Origin: an uncultured Gemmatimonadales bacterium
GTDB lineage: Bacteria; Gemmatimonadota; Gemmatimonadetes; Longimicrobiales; RSA9
Direction of reading: 5' to 3'
Assembly (NCBI GenBank): GCA_963708135.1
Contig: OY970192.1
Location: 3,264,001-3,328,000, forward strand
DNA: 64,000 nt
Under the pieces are notes generated by a model. That model was not told the DNA's origin, ran no database searches, and was given only the letters and a program-made list of their open reading frames with translations. The position numbers were made by a program, and so were the translations under genes. Position 1 is the first letter of the stretch, and the number at the start of each line of letters is the position of its first letter. Below, one piece after another: positions 37,611-47,390 of this stretch.

Positions 37611-38054
37611 TCAAGGCTCGCCGCGGAGCGAGCCGGCCAGCAGTCGCTTTCCGAGGCGCTCGGCGCTGCTCGGGTCCGCGCACCACTCGCGGAAGCGGGA
37701 CTCCGCCTCCTCGAGCGACTCCGCCAGGCGCTCCAGTGTGACCGGCTTGACGAGGTAGTCCACGACCGGGATCCGCGCCGCCTCCTCGATCAGCTCCGGG
37801 TCGTTGTAGCCGCTCAGCAGCACGATCGGCACCGGCCTGTCCGCGAAGATCCGCCGCGCCGCCGCCAGCCCCGAGAGGCGCGGCATGCCGACGTCCATGA
37901 GCACGATGTCCACGGGCTCGCGACCCGCGAGCTCGACCGCCTGCAGACCCTCGCGCACTGGACCCAGGACGCGGTGCCCCAGCGCCTCCAGCTGGGCCAC
38001 CAGCGCCATCGCACTCAGCGCTTCGTCTTCGGCAACGAGGATCGTCCGCGGCAC
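37611..38054 (-). CDS. Response regulator (receiver domain resembling AmiR/PdtaR type, no output domain)
   Basis: ILVAEDE, VLMDVGMP, LLSGY, YLVKPV; the start could instead be 38060 or 38087. Confidence 0.85.
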   Translation of the reverse strand: MPRTILVAEDEALSAMALVAQLEALGHRVLGPVREGLQAVELAGREPVDIVLMDVGMPRLSGLAAARRIFADRPVPIVLLSGYNDPELIEEAARIPVVDYLVKPVTLERLAESLEEAESRFREWCADPSSAERLGKRLLAGSLRGEP

Positions 38055-38195
38055 CCGCACCCTCTCCGTGTCGGCTGGGAAGTCCAATCAGCACTCCGCG
38101 AGTGCGGGGCGCAAGAGGCAAGCCAGCGCGATGGAGGCCGCGGGATACGGGATGCGGGACGCGCCGCAGCCCCCCGCGGCCCGTCGGGATCACCA

Positions 38196-39218
38196 TCACG
38201 ATGCCATGGCCGGCGTGCCCCGCACCTGCATGCGGAGCAGCAGCTCTTCCATGATCTGGCGGTCCGTCAGGGAGGCCGACTTGAGCAGGCGGTCCGCCCG
38301 CAGCAGGTCCTCGAGGGCCGCCTGCAGCGCACCGACGCTCCAGCGGCGCGCCTGCTTGAGGATCCGGCCGGCCAGCCAGCGCTGGTGGGGCGGCAGCGCC
38401 GACTCGAGCGCGCGCTGGCCGCCGCTGGCGGCGAGAGCGAGGCGGAGGAAATGGGTGCCGAGCCCGAGCACCAGCCCCACGCCGGACTCGCCGCTCGATT
38501 CGAGCAGCACGGGCAGGGCGTGCCTGGCGTCCGCGAAGCGCGCGTCGCCGACCAGGTCGAACCACTCCCAGCGATTCTGGCGCGGCACCACGCCCACGAC
38601 CGCCTCCACGTCCGCCACCGTGATGCGGCCGGCGTCACCCGCATACTCGCGCAGCTTGTCCAGCTCGCGGCCGAGCACGCCCAGCTCCGTGCCGATCGCC
38701 GCCGCCAGTGCCCGGGCCGCGGCCGTGTCCATCGGGGTCCCGCGCGCCTCCGCTTCCTGCATCAGCCAGCCGGGCACGTCCGCCGGGGACAGCGGCGCGA
38801 ACTCGGCCGACTGCGCCTGTTTCTTCAGGGTCTCGTAGAACCTGGCGCGCGAGCGGTCGGGGATCTGCGCCACCAGGATCAGCGCGAGCCCGGCCGGCGG
38901 CTTCGCCGCGGCGGCCTCCACGGCCGCGCGGGCGCGCGCCGACCCCGCGAGCGCCTGTACGTCGCGGAGCACGACGACGCGCCACTCGGCCATCATCGGC
39001 GGCGTGGCGAGCACGGACCCGATCGTCTCGGGATCGGCGTCGGACGCCCGCAGCTGGTCGAAGTTGAAGTCGCGCGTGCCCGGGTCGAGGTGCGCCGCCA
39101 CCAGCGCGGACACGGCCGCCTCCTTCAGGTACTCCTCGTCCCCGAAAAGGAAGAACACGCCGCCGCGTTTCCCCTTCTCCAGGGCGCGCAGCAGGGCATC
39201 GGGACGGACCAGCGGCAC
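38196..39218 (-). CDS. holA: DNA polymerase III subunit delta
   Basis: FFLFGDEEYL, DFNFD, TPPMMAEWRVVVL, ELDKL, DRLLKS. Confidence 0.9.
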   Translation of the reverse strand: MPLVRPDALLRALEKGKRGGVFFLFGDEEYLKEAAVSALVAAHLDPGTRDFNFDQLRASDADPETIGSVLATPPMMAEWRVVVLRDVQALAGSARARAAVEAAAAKPPAGLALILVAQIPDRSRARFYETLKKQAQSAEFAPLSPADVPGWLMQEAEARGTPMDTAAARALAAAIGTELGVLGRELDKLREYAGDAGRITVADVEAVVGVVPRQNRWEWFDLVGDARFADARHALPVLLESSGESGVGLVLGLGTHFLRLALAASGGQRALESALPPHQRWLAGRILKQARRWSVGALQAALEDLLRADRLLKSASLTDRQIMEELLLRMQVRGTPAMAS

Positions 39219-39228
39219 CGGGGGAGCG

Positions 39229-39837
39229 CTACTCGATGGGGTGGGAGTACACGGCGGAGGCGTCGTGCAGGACGCTCGGCCGCCCGAAGTCCGGCGGCTC
39301 CAGCGGCAGCGGCGAGTACGGACCCGGCGCAACCGCGCCCAGGTCGGGAGCCGCCGCCTCGAACGGTTCGGCCGGGAAGGAGGAAGGCTGGAACGGCGTC
39401 GGATCCACGGGCCCATCGAGCAGCGCCCGTCCGCCCGGCACCGCAACGCGGCCGGTCGCGTCCGCGGCCTGCGCCGGCCGCTGGCTCACCCCGTCGCGCA
39501 CCGCGCCCAGGTCGGCGCGCAGATCCTGCAGGAGCGGGCTCCACGCGATGGCCGCCAGCACGCCCGCGATGGCCAGCGCGCCGAGCGCGCCGACGGCGGC
39601 CGCGCGCGGCACCGGCCGCGACTCCGCTTCCCGGATCACCTCCAGCAGCCGCGCCGGCCGGCCGGGCTCCACCGGCTCCAGCTCGCACAGGCACGACACG
39701 CCCCGCCGCACCACGTCATCGTAGCGGGCGCACGACGGACAGCCCTCCACGTGCCGGCGGAAGACCGCCTCGCCGGCAGAATCGAGCTCGCCGTCGAGGA
39801 ACTCCGAATAGCGATCCAGGAATTCGCGGCAGTTCAT
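39229..39837 (-). CDS. zf-HC2 anti-sigma factor
   Basis: MNCREFLDRYSEFLDGEL....FRRHVEGCPSC, then a TM helix. Confidence 0.85.
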   Translation of the reverse strand: MNCREFLDRYSEFLDGELDSAGEAVFRRHVEGCPSCARYDDVVRRGVSCLCELEPVEPGRPARLLEVIREAESRPVPRAAAVGALGALAIAGVLAAIAWSPLLQDLRADLGAVRDGVSQRPAQAADATGRVAVPGGRALLDGPVDPTPFQPSSFPAEPFEAAAPDLGAVAPGPYSPLPLEPPDFGRPSVLHDASAVYSHPIE

Positions 39838-40145
39838 CGCACTCCAATCTGCGCACCGTCCCGCCCCGCGTCCACCCGCGCGGCCGGGCATCCGTCCCGG
39901 TGCGATTCGTCCCGGCGTTTGTACTGGAGCACCCGCCGCGAGGTTCCGCCGGCCCGGCACGGGCGAGGCCATCCGCCCGACGATGAGGGTGAGGGTGGCG
40001 GATCGGTGCTCACCGCGCCTCCCGCTCCGGGCCACTGGCCGGCGGTCCCGCACCGCCCCACTATGTCCCGTGACCGCACCCCGTCCGGCCGCGGCGCGAT
40101 CCCGTCGCGCGAGCGGGCCCGACCCTTTCGGACCGGGAGACGAAC

Positions 40146-40412
40146 ATGTGCCGCAACATCCGAACGCTCGCGAACTTCGACCCCCCGGCAACTGACGCCG
40201 AGATCCGCGCCTCCGCGCTGCAATTCGTACGCAAGCTGAGTGGCGCTCAGCAACCGTCGCGGGCCAACCAGGCGGTGTTCGAGCGTGCCGTGGACGAAGT
40301 GGCCGCTGCCGCGACGCGGCTCATCCGATCGCTCGAGACCCACGCGCCACCACGAAACCGCGAACAGGAGCGCCTGAAGGCCGCGGAGCGCGCCCGGAAA
40401 CGCTTCGCCTGA
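40146..40412 (+). CDS. DUF2277 family protein
   Basis: MCRNIRTLANFDPPATDAEIRASALQFVRKLSG signature. Confidence 0.9.
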   Translation: MCRNIRTLANFDPPATDAEIRASALQFVRKLSGAQQPSRANQAVFERAVDEVAAAATRLIRSLETHAPPRNREQERLKAAERARKRFA

Positions 40413-40618
40413 GCGGCCCCGTCGGTCCCGGGACCCCCGACGCGCCCATCAGGGCTCCGCGCCGGCGGGCGGGACGCGTGGGGACTTGATGGCGCACAGC
40501 GCGCTCGACGCCCCACCATGAGGAAAGGCCTCGCCGGTCACGACTCCGACGAGGCCTGAGGACGGACCCGGTCTTTGGAAGGAACTGCTTCGGGCCCGTT
40601 GTCCTGCGGTGGCGCCGC

Positions 40619-41254
40619 TCAGTCCAGCATGGGCGCCACGATCTGGGCGAAGTTGTTGCGCGCCCGGTTCAGCCGGCTCTTGACGGTGCCGAGGTTGACC
40701 CCCGTGATCTCGGAGATCTCCTCGTACGTCTTGCCCTCCATCTCGCGCAGCACGAACACCACGCGGTGATGGTCGGGGAGCTGCGCCACGGCGCGGTCGA
40801 TCGTCTCCTTCAGGTGCCGCTTCCGGAACAGGTCGTCCGGGCGGTACGTGTTGTCCTCCCACTCCAGCGGCCGGTGGTCCGCGTCCCAGTTCTTCTTGAT
40901 CGTCTGGAACAGCACCAGCGGGTTGCGCGAGCGGTTCCGCAGCTCGTTCTTGGCCAGGTTGCCCGCGATCGTGTAGATCCACGTCGAGAACTTCTTCGAC
41001 TGGTCGAACCGGTGCAGGTGCCGGTACACCCGGATGAACGTCTCCTGCACCAGGTCCTCCGCCCGCTCCCGATCCCCGATCGTACGGTAGATGAAGTTCA
41101 CCAGCCGTACGTTGTAGCGCTTCATCAGCTCGCCGAACGTGCGCGTGTCGCCCGCCAGGAAACGCGCCACCAGCTCGCTGTCGCCCAGATCCGCCACCCG
41201 CTCCGAGTAGCTCTGGACGGTTCGCTTCGCGCGCATCGACAGGGCCTTCGCCAT
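40619..41254 (-). CDS. ECF RNA polymerase sigma factor (RpoE/SigW-like)
   Basis: AEDLVQETFIRVY, FSTWIYTIAGN, LREMEGKTYEEISEI.G..LGTVKSRLNRAR. Confidence 0.95.
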   Translation of the reverse strand: MAKALSMRAKRTVQSYSERVADLGDSELVARFLAGDTRTFGELMKRYNVRLVNFIYRTIGDRERAEDLVQETFIRVYRHLHRFDQSKKFSTWIYTIAGNLAKNELRNRSRNPLVLFQTIKKNWDADHRPLEWEDNTYRPDDLFRKRHLKETIDRAVAQLPDHHRVVFVLREMEGKTYEEISEITGVNLGTVKSRLNRARNNFAQIVAPMLD

Positions 41255-41474
41255 GACTTCCCCCGTTAGGGCTAGAGGGCGGCGGTGCATCCGGGGAGGG
41301 TCCGGCACCACCGACGCCCGAGCGAGGGAGCAGGTTCCATTCCCTGCACGGCCCAACCGCCAGCCGCTCCCTAAGCTGTTCCAGTGCAATGTGTTGCATC
41401 GTCGCAGCCGGAGGCGGGCCCGCGCGCGCGGCGTCCACTCACGAGGACGGGACCGGGCTTATTGTGACCTCTTT

Positions 41475-42047
41475 TTAGCGCAGGGAGCTCAGCACGTAGC
41501 CGGCGGCGAAGAGGAGGGTGCAGATCGTCTTGGCATCGCGGATCTCACCATTGCGGATCATGTCGAGGGCCTCGGAGAGGCGCAGGCGGACGGGCTCGAC
41601 GAACTCGTCCTCGTCGAAGGCGGTGGTGCCGGCGGTGAGATCCGTGGCGAGGAAGAGGTGGATGGTCTCGTCGGTGAAGCCGGGGGTGGTGAGGATGGTG
41701 GTGAGGCGGGTGAGCGTGCCGGCGACGAGGCCCGTCTCCTCCTCGAGCTCCCTGCTCGCGCACGTCTCCCACGGCTCGCCGGGGCGGTCGGGGCGGCCGG
41801 CGGGGACCTCCAGCAGGTAGCCGTCGGCGGCGTAGCGGTACTGGCGGATGAGCAAGATGTGCGGATCCTCTCCCGCGGGATCGCTCAGGACCGGCAGCAC
41901 GGCGGCGGCGCCGGAGTGGCGGATCATCTCGAGCTCTCCGGTGGAGCCGTCGGGGAAGCGGACGGTGTCCACGGAGAGGTGAACGATGCGGCCGTCGTAG
42001 ACGGGCCGGCTGTCGATGCGGCCGGGCTCGCCGTTCGGTTCGGTCAC
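41475..42047 (-). CDS. NUDIX hydrolase (ADP-ribose pyrophosphatase-like)
   Basis: RQYRY, EVPAG..D.PGE....CASRELEEETG Nudix box, TPGFTDE, DAKT. Confidence 0.92.
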   Translation of the reverse strand: MTEPNGEPGRIDSRPVYDGRIVHLSVDTVRFPDGSTGELEMIRHSGAAAVLPVLSDPAGEDPHILLIRQYRYAADGYLLEVPAGRPDRPGEPWETCASRELEEETGLVAGTLTRLTTILTTPGFTDETIHLFLATDLTAGTTAFDEDEFVEPVRLRLSEALDMIRNGEIRDAKTICTLLFAAGYVLSSLR

Positions 42048-43426
42048 GGTGCTGTTTCCGGGCGTTCGGGGGTGTGGACCTGGACGCTGCCGACGCCGAG
42101 CGCCTCGAGCTCGGGGCGGATGCGGCCGGCGTCGCCGACGACGACAATGGCGAGGCGGTCGGGCACGATGTGCTCGCGGGCCACGCGCACGACGTCCTCG
42201 GGGCTCACCGCGGCGATGCGCTGGCGGTACTCGGCGAAGTAGTCGTCGGGCAGGTCGTAGATGACGAGGTCGGCCAGGCGTGCGGCGAGCTGCTCGGTGG
42301 TCTGCAGCTCGAGCGGCATGATGCCGGTCAGATAGTCGCGGGCGGCGGCGACCTCGTCGTTGGAGGCGCCGTCGTCGCGAAGCCGCTTCACCTCGCGCAG
42401 CGCCTCCTCGACGGCGCGGGCGGTGACCTCGGTGGCGACGGCGGTCTGGATGACGAACGGGCCGGGGCGGCGGCGGAAGGCGAAGCCGCTGCGGACGCCG
42501 TAGGTGAAGCCGTGCTTCTCGCGCAGGCTGAGGTTGAGCCGGCTGGTGAAGGCGCCGCCGAGGATCGAGTTCATGACCAGGAGCGGGAAGTAGTCCTGGT
42601 GGTGGCGCTCGACGCCGAGATCGCCAATGCGGATCTCCGACTGCACGGAGCCGGGGCGGTCCACGATGAAGACGGTCGCGCCCTCGTGTGCGCGCGCGAC
42701 CTCGTACTCGGCGGGGGCGTGGGCGCCCGCGGCGCTCCACGCGCCGAAGCTGTCGGCGGCCAGGCGCTCGGCGGTGTCGGCGTCAATGTCGCCGACGAGG
42801 AGCAGGCTGGCCGCATCGGGGCGGTAGTGGGCACGGTAGAACGCCTCGACCTCGGCGCGGCCGAGGCGCTCGACGGCGGCGGGCGTGCCGAGCAGCGGGC
42901 GGCCGTACGGCAGGTCGCGGCCGAAGATGAAGCGGGCGGCCATGTCGCTGGCCAGGGCGCGCGGCTCCTTCGTGCGCTGGAGCAGGTCGGCCAGCTGCTC
43001 GTCGCGCAACCGCTGCACCTCGCCCTCGGGGAACGCCGGCCGCTGGAGGATCTCGGCGAAGAGGGCGAGCGCGGGCTCGAGCCGCTCGCGCGGCACGACG
43101 ATACGCACGACCGTGGCGTCCCAGCCGACCTCGACGCCGAACTGCACGCCGAGCAGCTCGAGCGCCCAGGCCAGCTGGTCCACGCTGCGCTCCAGCGTGC
43201 CCGCGTCCAGCGCGTTGGCGGTCAGGTGCGCCACGCCTCCCTGTCCCGCGGGCTCGGCGGCGGCGCCCACATCGAGCACGAGGGTGGCGGTGACGAGGGG
43301 GAGGCGGCCGTGGCGCGCGGCCAGGACGCCCATCCCGTTGTCCAGGCGGCGGCGCTCGATGGAGGGGAAGGAGAAGGGCCGCACGGCCGCGGGCGCGGGT
43401 GGCGCGGAACGGTCGAGGGCGCTCAC
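42044..43426 (-). CDS. M16 family peptidase, non-catalytic subunit
   Basis: No HxxEH motif; SRLNLSLREKHGFTYG. Confidence 0.9.
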   Translation of the reverse strand: MSALDRSAPPAPAAVRPFSFPSIERRRLDNGMGVLAARHGRLPLVTATLVLDVGAAAEPAGQGGVAHLTANALDAGTLERSVDQLAWALELLGVQFGVEVGWDATVVRIVVPRERLEPALALFAEILQRPAFPEGEVQRLRDEQLADLLQRTKEPRALASDMAARFIFGRDLPYGRPLLGTPAAVERLGRAEVEAFYRAHYRPDAASLLLVGDIDADTAERLAADSFGAWSAAGAHAPAEYEVARAHEGATVFIVDRPGSVQSEIRIGDLGVERHHQDYFPLLVMNSILGGAFTSRLNLSLREKHGFTYGVRSGFAFRRRPGPFVIQTAVATEVTARAVEEALREVKRLRDDGASNDEVAAARDYLTGIMPLELQTTEQLAARLADLVIYDLPDDYFAEYRQRIAAVSPEDVVRVAREHIVPDRLAIVVVGDAGRIRPELEALGVGSVQVHTPERPETAP

Positions 43427-44700
43427 GCGGCACCTCCGTTCTCGGGCAGGTAGCGGAGCACGGCGCGGTTGTCCGGGATGAGGAAGCGGGCGGCGAAGTC
43501 GCGCACGGCGTCGGTCGTGACGGCACGCACGCGGTCGAGCTCGGTGTTCACGCGCGCGGGATCGTCGAAGAGGCTGGTGTGCTGCGAGAGCTGGTCGGCG
43601 CGCTCGTCCACGCGCTGCAGGTCCGCGAGCTGGCGGGCCTCGATGAGGTTGACGGCGCGGGCGACGTCGTCGTCGGAGGCCTCGCGGAGCGAGTCGATCG
43701 ACTCGTGCAGCGCGTCCTCGAGCGCGTCCAGCTCCACGCCGGGGCGCGCCGTGGCCCAGAGCGCGAGCATGGCGGCGCCGACCACGATCGGGAACGCGAA
43801 CGCCTCCGCGTCCTGCGCCAGGCGCTTGCCGCGGATCAGGCGGCGCGAGAGCAGCGAGGCCTGGCCGGACGCCAGGATGTTCGCGGCGACCGTGGCCGGA
43901 TAGAAGCCGGCGTCGCCGTAGGCGGGGACCCGGTACGCCTCGTAGATGCGGGCGAGCGAGATGTCCTGGCGGACCTCGGCGCGCACCTCCTCGCCCATCG
44001 GCACGGGCACGGCGGTGGTGCCGGGGATCGGCGGCACGGGCGGGCCGGCGGGGATCTCGCCGAAGTAGCGCTCGATGAGCGAGAGAGCGCGCGCGGGCTC
44101 GATCTCGCCGCACAGCGTGAGGACCGCGTTGTTGGGGGCGTAGTAGGTGCGGAAGAACTGCTCGACGTCCTCGAGGCTGGCCGCGTCCAGGTCCTCCATG
44201 GAGCCGATGACGGAGTGGTGGTAGGGGTGCTCGGGCGGGTAGAGCATGGCCTGGAGCCGCTCGTCCCAGTCGCCGTAGGGCTGGTTGTCGACGCGCCAGC
44301 GGCGCTCGTTCTTCACCACGTCGCGCTGGTTGTCGAGCTTCTCCTGGGTCATGGCCGGCACCAGCCAGCCCATGCGGTCCGACTCGAGCCAGAGGCCGAG
44401 CTCGAGCTGGTTGGAGGGCAGCGTCTCGAAGTAGTTGGTCCGGTCCAGCCAGGTCGAGCCGTTCAGCGAACCGCCCGCCTTCTCGATGTGCGCGAAGTGC
44501 CCCGACTCCGCCACGTGCGCCGAGCCCTGGAACATCATGTGCTCGAACAGGTGCGCGAAGCCCGTGCGGCCGGGACGCTCGTTGCGCGAGCCGACTGCGT
44601 ACCAGAGGTTGATGGCCACCACCGGCGACGACGCCTCGCGCGAGAGCACCACGCGCAGGCCGTTGTCCAGCCGGTGCCGTTCGATCGGGATCTCGATCAC
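43423..44700 (-). CDS. M16 family peptidase, catalytic subunit
   Basis: GFAHLFEHMMFQGS; DRTNY; ESDRM; NERR. Confidence 0.93.
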   Translation of the reverse strand: MIEIPIERHRLDNGLRVVLSREASSPVVAINLWYAVGSRNERPGRTGFAHLFEHMMFQGSAHVAESGHFAHIEKAGGSLNGSTWLDRTNYFETLPSNQLELGLWLESDRMGWLVPAMTQEKLDNQRDVVKNERRWRVDNQPYGDWDERLQAMLYPPEHPYHHSVIGSMEDLDAASLEDVEQFFRTYYAPNNAVLTLCGEIEPARALSLIERYFGEIPAGPPVPPIPGTTAVPVPMGEEVRAEVRQDISLARIYEAYRVPAYGDAGFYPATVAANILASGQASLLSRRLIRGKRLAQDAEAFAFPIVVGAAMLALWATARPGVELDALEDALHESIDSLREASDDDVARAVNLIEARQLADLQRVDERADQLSQHTSLFDDPARVNTELDRVRAVTTDAVRDFAARFLIPDNRAVLRYLPENGGAA

Positions 44701-44736
44701 GCTCTGCCTCCCCTCCAGCTCACGACGCCTCCCGCT

Positions 44737-46104
44737 TCACCCCGTCTCCACCACCCGGACCGGACCGAGCCCCAGCCCCGCCAGCCCTCCCTCAACCTTC
44801 TGCAGGTCACCCGCCACCACAATGGCCAGATGCTCCGGATAGAGGTGAGAACCGGCCACCCGCGCCACATCAGCCTCCGTCACCGCCTCGACGGACTCAA
44901 CGTAGCATGCGAGATAGTCATCCTCCAGTCCGTACAGCCCGATCTCCGCGCAGCGCGCCGCCAGGTCGCCCGTCGTCTCGAGGCGCCGCGGCAGCCCCAG
45001 CGCCAGGTAGCGCCGCGCCCGCTCCAGCTCCTCGCCCGCCGGCGGCTCCTCCCTCAGGCGACGGATCTGCCGCGCGAACTCGCGCACCGCATCCTCCGTG
45101 GCGGCCGTGGACACCGCCGCGCCCGCCACGAACGGGCCGGCCCCCAGGCGGAGCTCCCAGCGAGAGTTCGCGCCGTAGGTGTAGCCCTTCTCCTCCCGCA
45201 GCACCCGGTTCAGCCGCGAGGTGAACGCGCCGCCCAGCACCGTGTTCGTCACCAGAAGCGGGAAGTAGTCCGGAGTGTTCCTCGGCACGCCGGCGTGCCC
45301 CACCCGGATCTCCGACTGCGGCGCGCCCGGGCGGTCCACCACGTATACGGCCGGGCCCCCGGGCGGCGGCGGCGGCGGGACCGGCGGCGCGGGGGCGCCG
45401 CCCCCGCGCCAGCCGCCGAACGCGCGCTCCAGCCGGGCGAGCAGGGTGTCCGGGCGGACATCCCCCGCCGCCACCAGGAAGGCGTCCTCCGGCCGGACGT
45501 GCGCGGACCAGAAGCCGTGGAGCGCCGCCCGGTCGAGGGCCGCCACGCTCTCCGGCGTCCCGTGCAGCGGCGCGCCGTACGGGTGCCGCTCGCCGTAGAT
45601 CACGCGCTGCAGCGCCTGGATGGCCAGGGTGCGCGGCTCCTCCCGCTCCTGCAGCAGCGCCGCCAGCCGCTCGTCGCGCTTGCGCGCCACGTCGGCCTCC
45701 GCGAAGGCGGGCGCGCGCACGACGTCCGCCATGAGCGCGAGCGCCGGGTCCAGCCGGCCGGCCAGGACGTGGATGGCCACGTGCGTGGCATCCCAGGAGG
45801 CGCCCGTCTCGAGCGTGGCGCCGAGCACGTCCACGGCGTCCGCGAGCTCGGTGGCCCCGCGCGCGCCGGCGCCCTCGTCGAGCAGGTCCGCGGCCAGGCT
45901 GGCGCGCCCCGCCACGCGCGGCTCGTCCGCGCCGGCCCCCACGCGCACGATCAGCTCGACGTCCACGACCGGCAGCTCGTGCCGCTCCGCCATCAGCACC
46001 TCGAGCCCGCTGGACAGGCGGTGTCGCGTGATGGCGGGCACGCGCGGCGGCGTCGCGGCGGGAGGCGGCGGGGCGGGGCGGCGGGGCGGACGGGTCGTGC
46101 TCAC
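44737..46104 (-). CDS. M16 family peptidase, non-catalytic subunit
   Basis: No HxxEH motif; SRLNRVLREEKGYTYG. Confidence 0.9.
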   Translation of the reverse strand: MSTTRPPRRPAPPPPAATPPRVPAITRHRLSSGLEVLMAERHELPVVDVELIVRVGAGADEPRVAGRASLAADLLDEGAGARGATELADAVDVLGATLETGASWDATHVAIHVLAGRLDPALALMADVVRAPAFAEADVARKRDERLAALLQEREEPRTLAIQALQRVIYGERHPYGAPLHGTPESVAALDRAALHGFWSAHVRPEDAFLVAAGDVRPDTLLARLERAFGGWRGGGAPAPPVPPPPPPGGPAVYVVDRPGAPQSEIRVGHAGVPRNTPDYFPLLVTNTVLGGAFTSRLNRVLREEKGYTYGANSRWELRLGAGPFVAGAAVSTAATEDAVREFARQIRRLREEPPAGEELERARRYLALGLPRRLETTGDLAARCAEIGLYGLEDDYLACYVESVEAVTEADVARVAGSHLYPEHLAIVVAGDLQKVEGGLAGLGLGPVRVVETG

Positions 46105-47390
46105 GCGGCCGCCAGCTCCCGCCGCCCCTCGGGCACGACGCTCAGCGCCACGGCGGGCGCGGCCGCGACGTAGCGCGCCAGCGCAGCGCGCAGGTCGTCG
46201 GGCTCGAGGGCGAGGTAGCGGGCCAGGTCTCGCTCGGCGTACCCGGCGTCGCCCGTGTAGTAGGCGTAGTGGTTGAGCCGGTCGGCCTTGCCGCCGAAGC
46301 CGCCCACGTGCTGGAGCGCGTCCACGAACTCGGTCTCGATCCGGTTGCGCGCCCGCTCCAGCTCGCGCGCCGCGGGGCCCTCCTCCGCCAGCGCCGCGAG
46401 CGTGGCGCGCACCTCCGGCTCGATCCGCTCCAGCGGCACGTCCGGCCGGGCGGTGACGACCACCATGAAGCTCGAGCCGAGCAGCCCCGCGTCCTGGAAG
46501 GCGCTCACGTCCTGCGCCACCTGCCGCTCGTAGACGAGCGAGCGGTAGAGGCGGGAGGCCTTGCCCTGCGCCAGCACCGCGGCCGCCGCCTCGAGCGCCG
46601 CATCGCCCGGGGCGTACTGCGCGGGCGAGTGCCACGCCAGGTAGAGCCGCGGCAGCCGCACGCGGTCCTCCAGCACCAGCCGGCGCTCGGCGTCCAGCGC
46701 GGCGGCGGGGACGCTCACCCCGGGCACCGCGGGGCCACGCGGGATGTCCGCGAAGGCGGCCTCGACGAGCCGCTCGACGTCCGCGCCATCCACATCGCCG
46801 GCCACGGCCAGGCTGGCGTTGCTCGGGGCATAGTAGGTCCGGAAGAAGGCGCGCACATCGGCCAGGGTGGCGGCCTCGAGGTCGGCCATCCTGCCGATGG
46901 TCGGCCAGTGGTACGGGTGGTCGGGCGGGTAGAGCGCGGCCAGCAGCGTCTCGAAGGCGAGGCCGTAGGGGCGGTTCTCGTAGCTCTGGCGACGCTCGTT
47001 CATGACCACGTCGCGCTGCGCATCCAGCGTCTCCTGCGTCATGCTCAGCCAGCCCATGCGGTCCGACTCGAGCCAGAGCGCCAGCTCCAGCGCGCCCGGC
47101 GGCACCGTCTCCCAGTAGTTCGTCCGGTCCGGCGTGGTCGAGCCGTTGTTCACGCCGCCGGCCGCCTCCAGCAGCCGGTCGAAGACCCCCGGCGGCGCGT
47201 TGGCCGACCCCTCGAACATGAGGTGCTCGAACAGGTGCGCGAAGCCGGTCCGCCCGGGCCGCTCGTCCTTCGAGCCGACGTGGTACCAGAGGTTGACCGC
47301 GACCAGGGGCGCCGAGCGGTCCTCGTGCACCAGGAGCCGCAGCCCGTTGGCGAGCGTCCGCTCCGAGTGCGCGATCCCCGGGCCCGTCAT
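46101..47390 (-). CDS. M16 family peptidase, catalytic subunit
   Basis: GFAHLFEHLMFEGS; DRTNY; ESDRM; NERR. Confidence 0.93.
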   Translation of the reverse strand: MTGPGIAHSERTLANGLRLLVHEDRSAPLVAVNLWYHVGSKDERPGRTGFAHLFEHLMFEGSANAPPGVFDRLLEAAGGVNNGSTTPDRTNYWETVPPGALELALWLESDRMGWLSMTQETLDAQRDVVMNERRQSYENRPYGLAFETLLAALYPPDHPYHWPTIGRMADLEAATLADVRAFFRTYYAPSNASLAVAGDVDGADVERLVEAAFADIPRGPAVPGVSVPAAALDAERRLVLEDRVRLPRLYLAWHSPAQYAPGDAALEAAAAVLAQGKASRLYRSLVYERQVAQDVSAFQDAGLLGSSFMVVVTARPDVPLERIEPEVRATLAALAEEGPAARELERARNRIETEFVDALQHVGGFGGKADRLNHYAYYTGDAGYAERDLARYLALEPDDLRAALARYVAAAPAVALSVVPEGRRELAAA

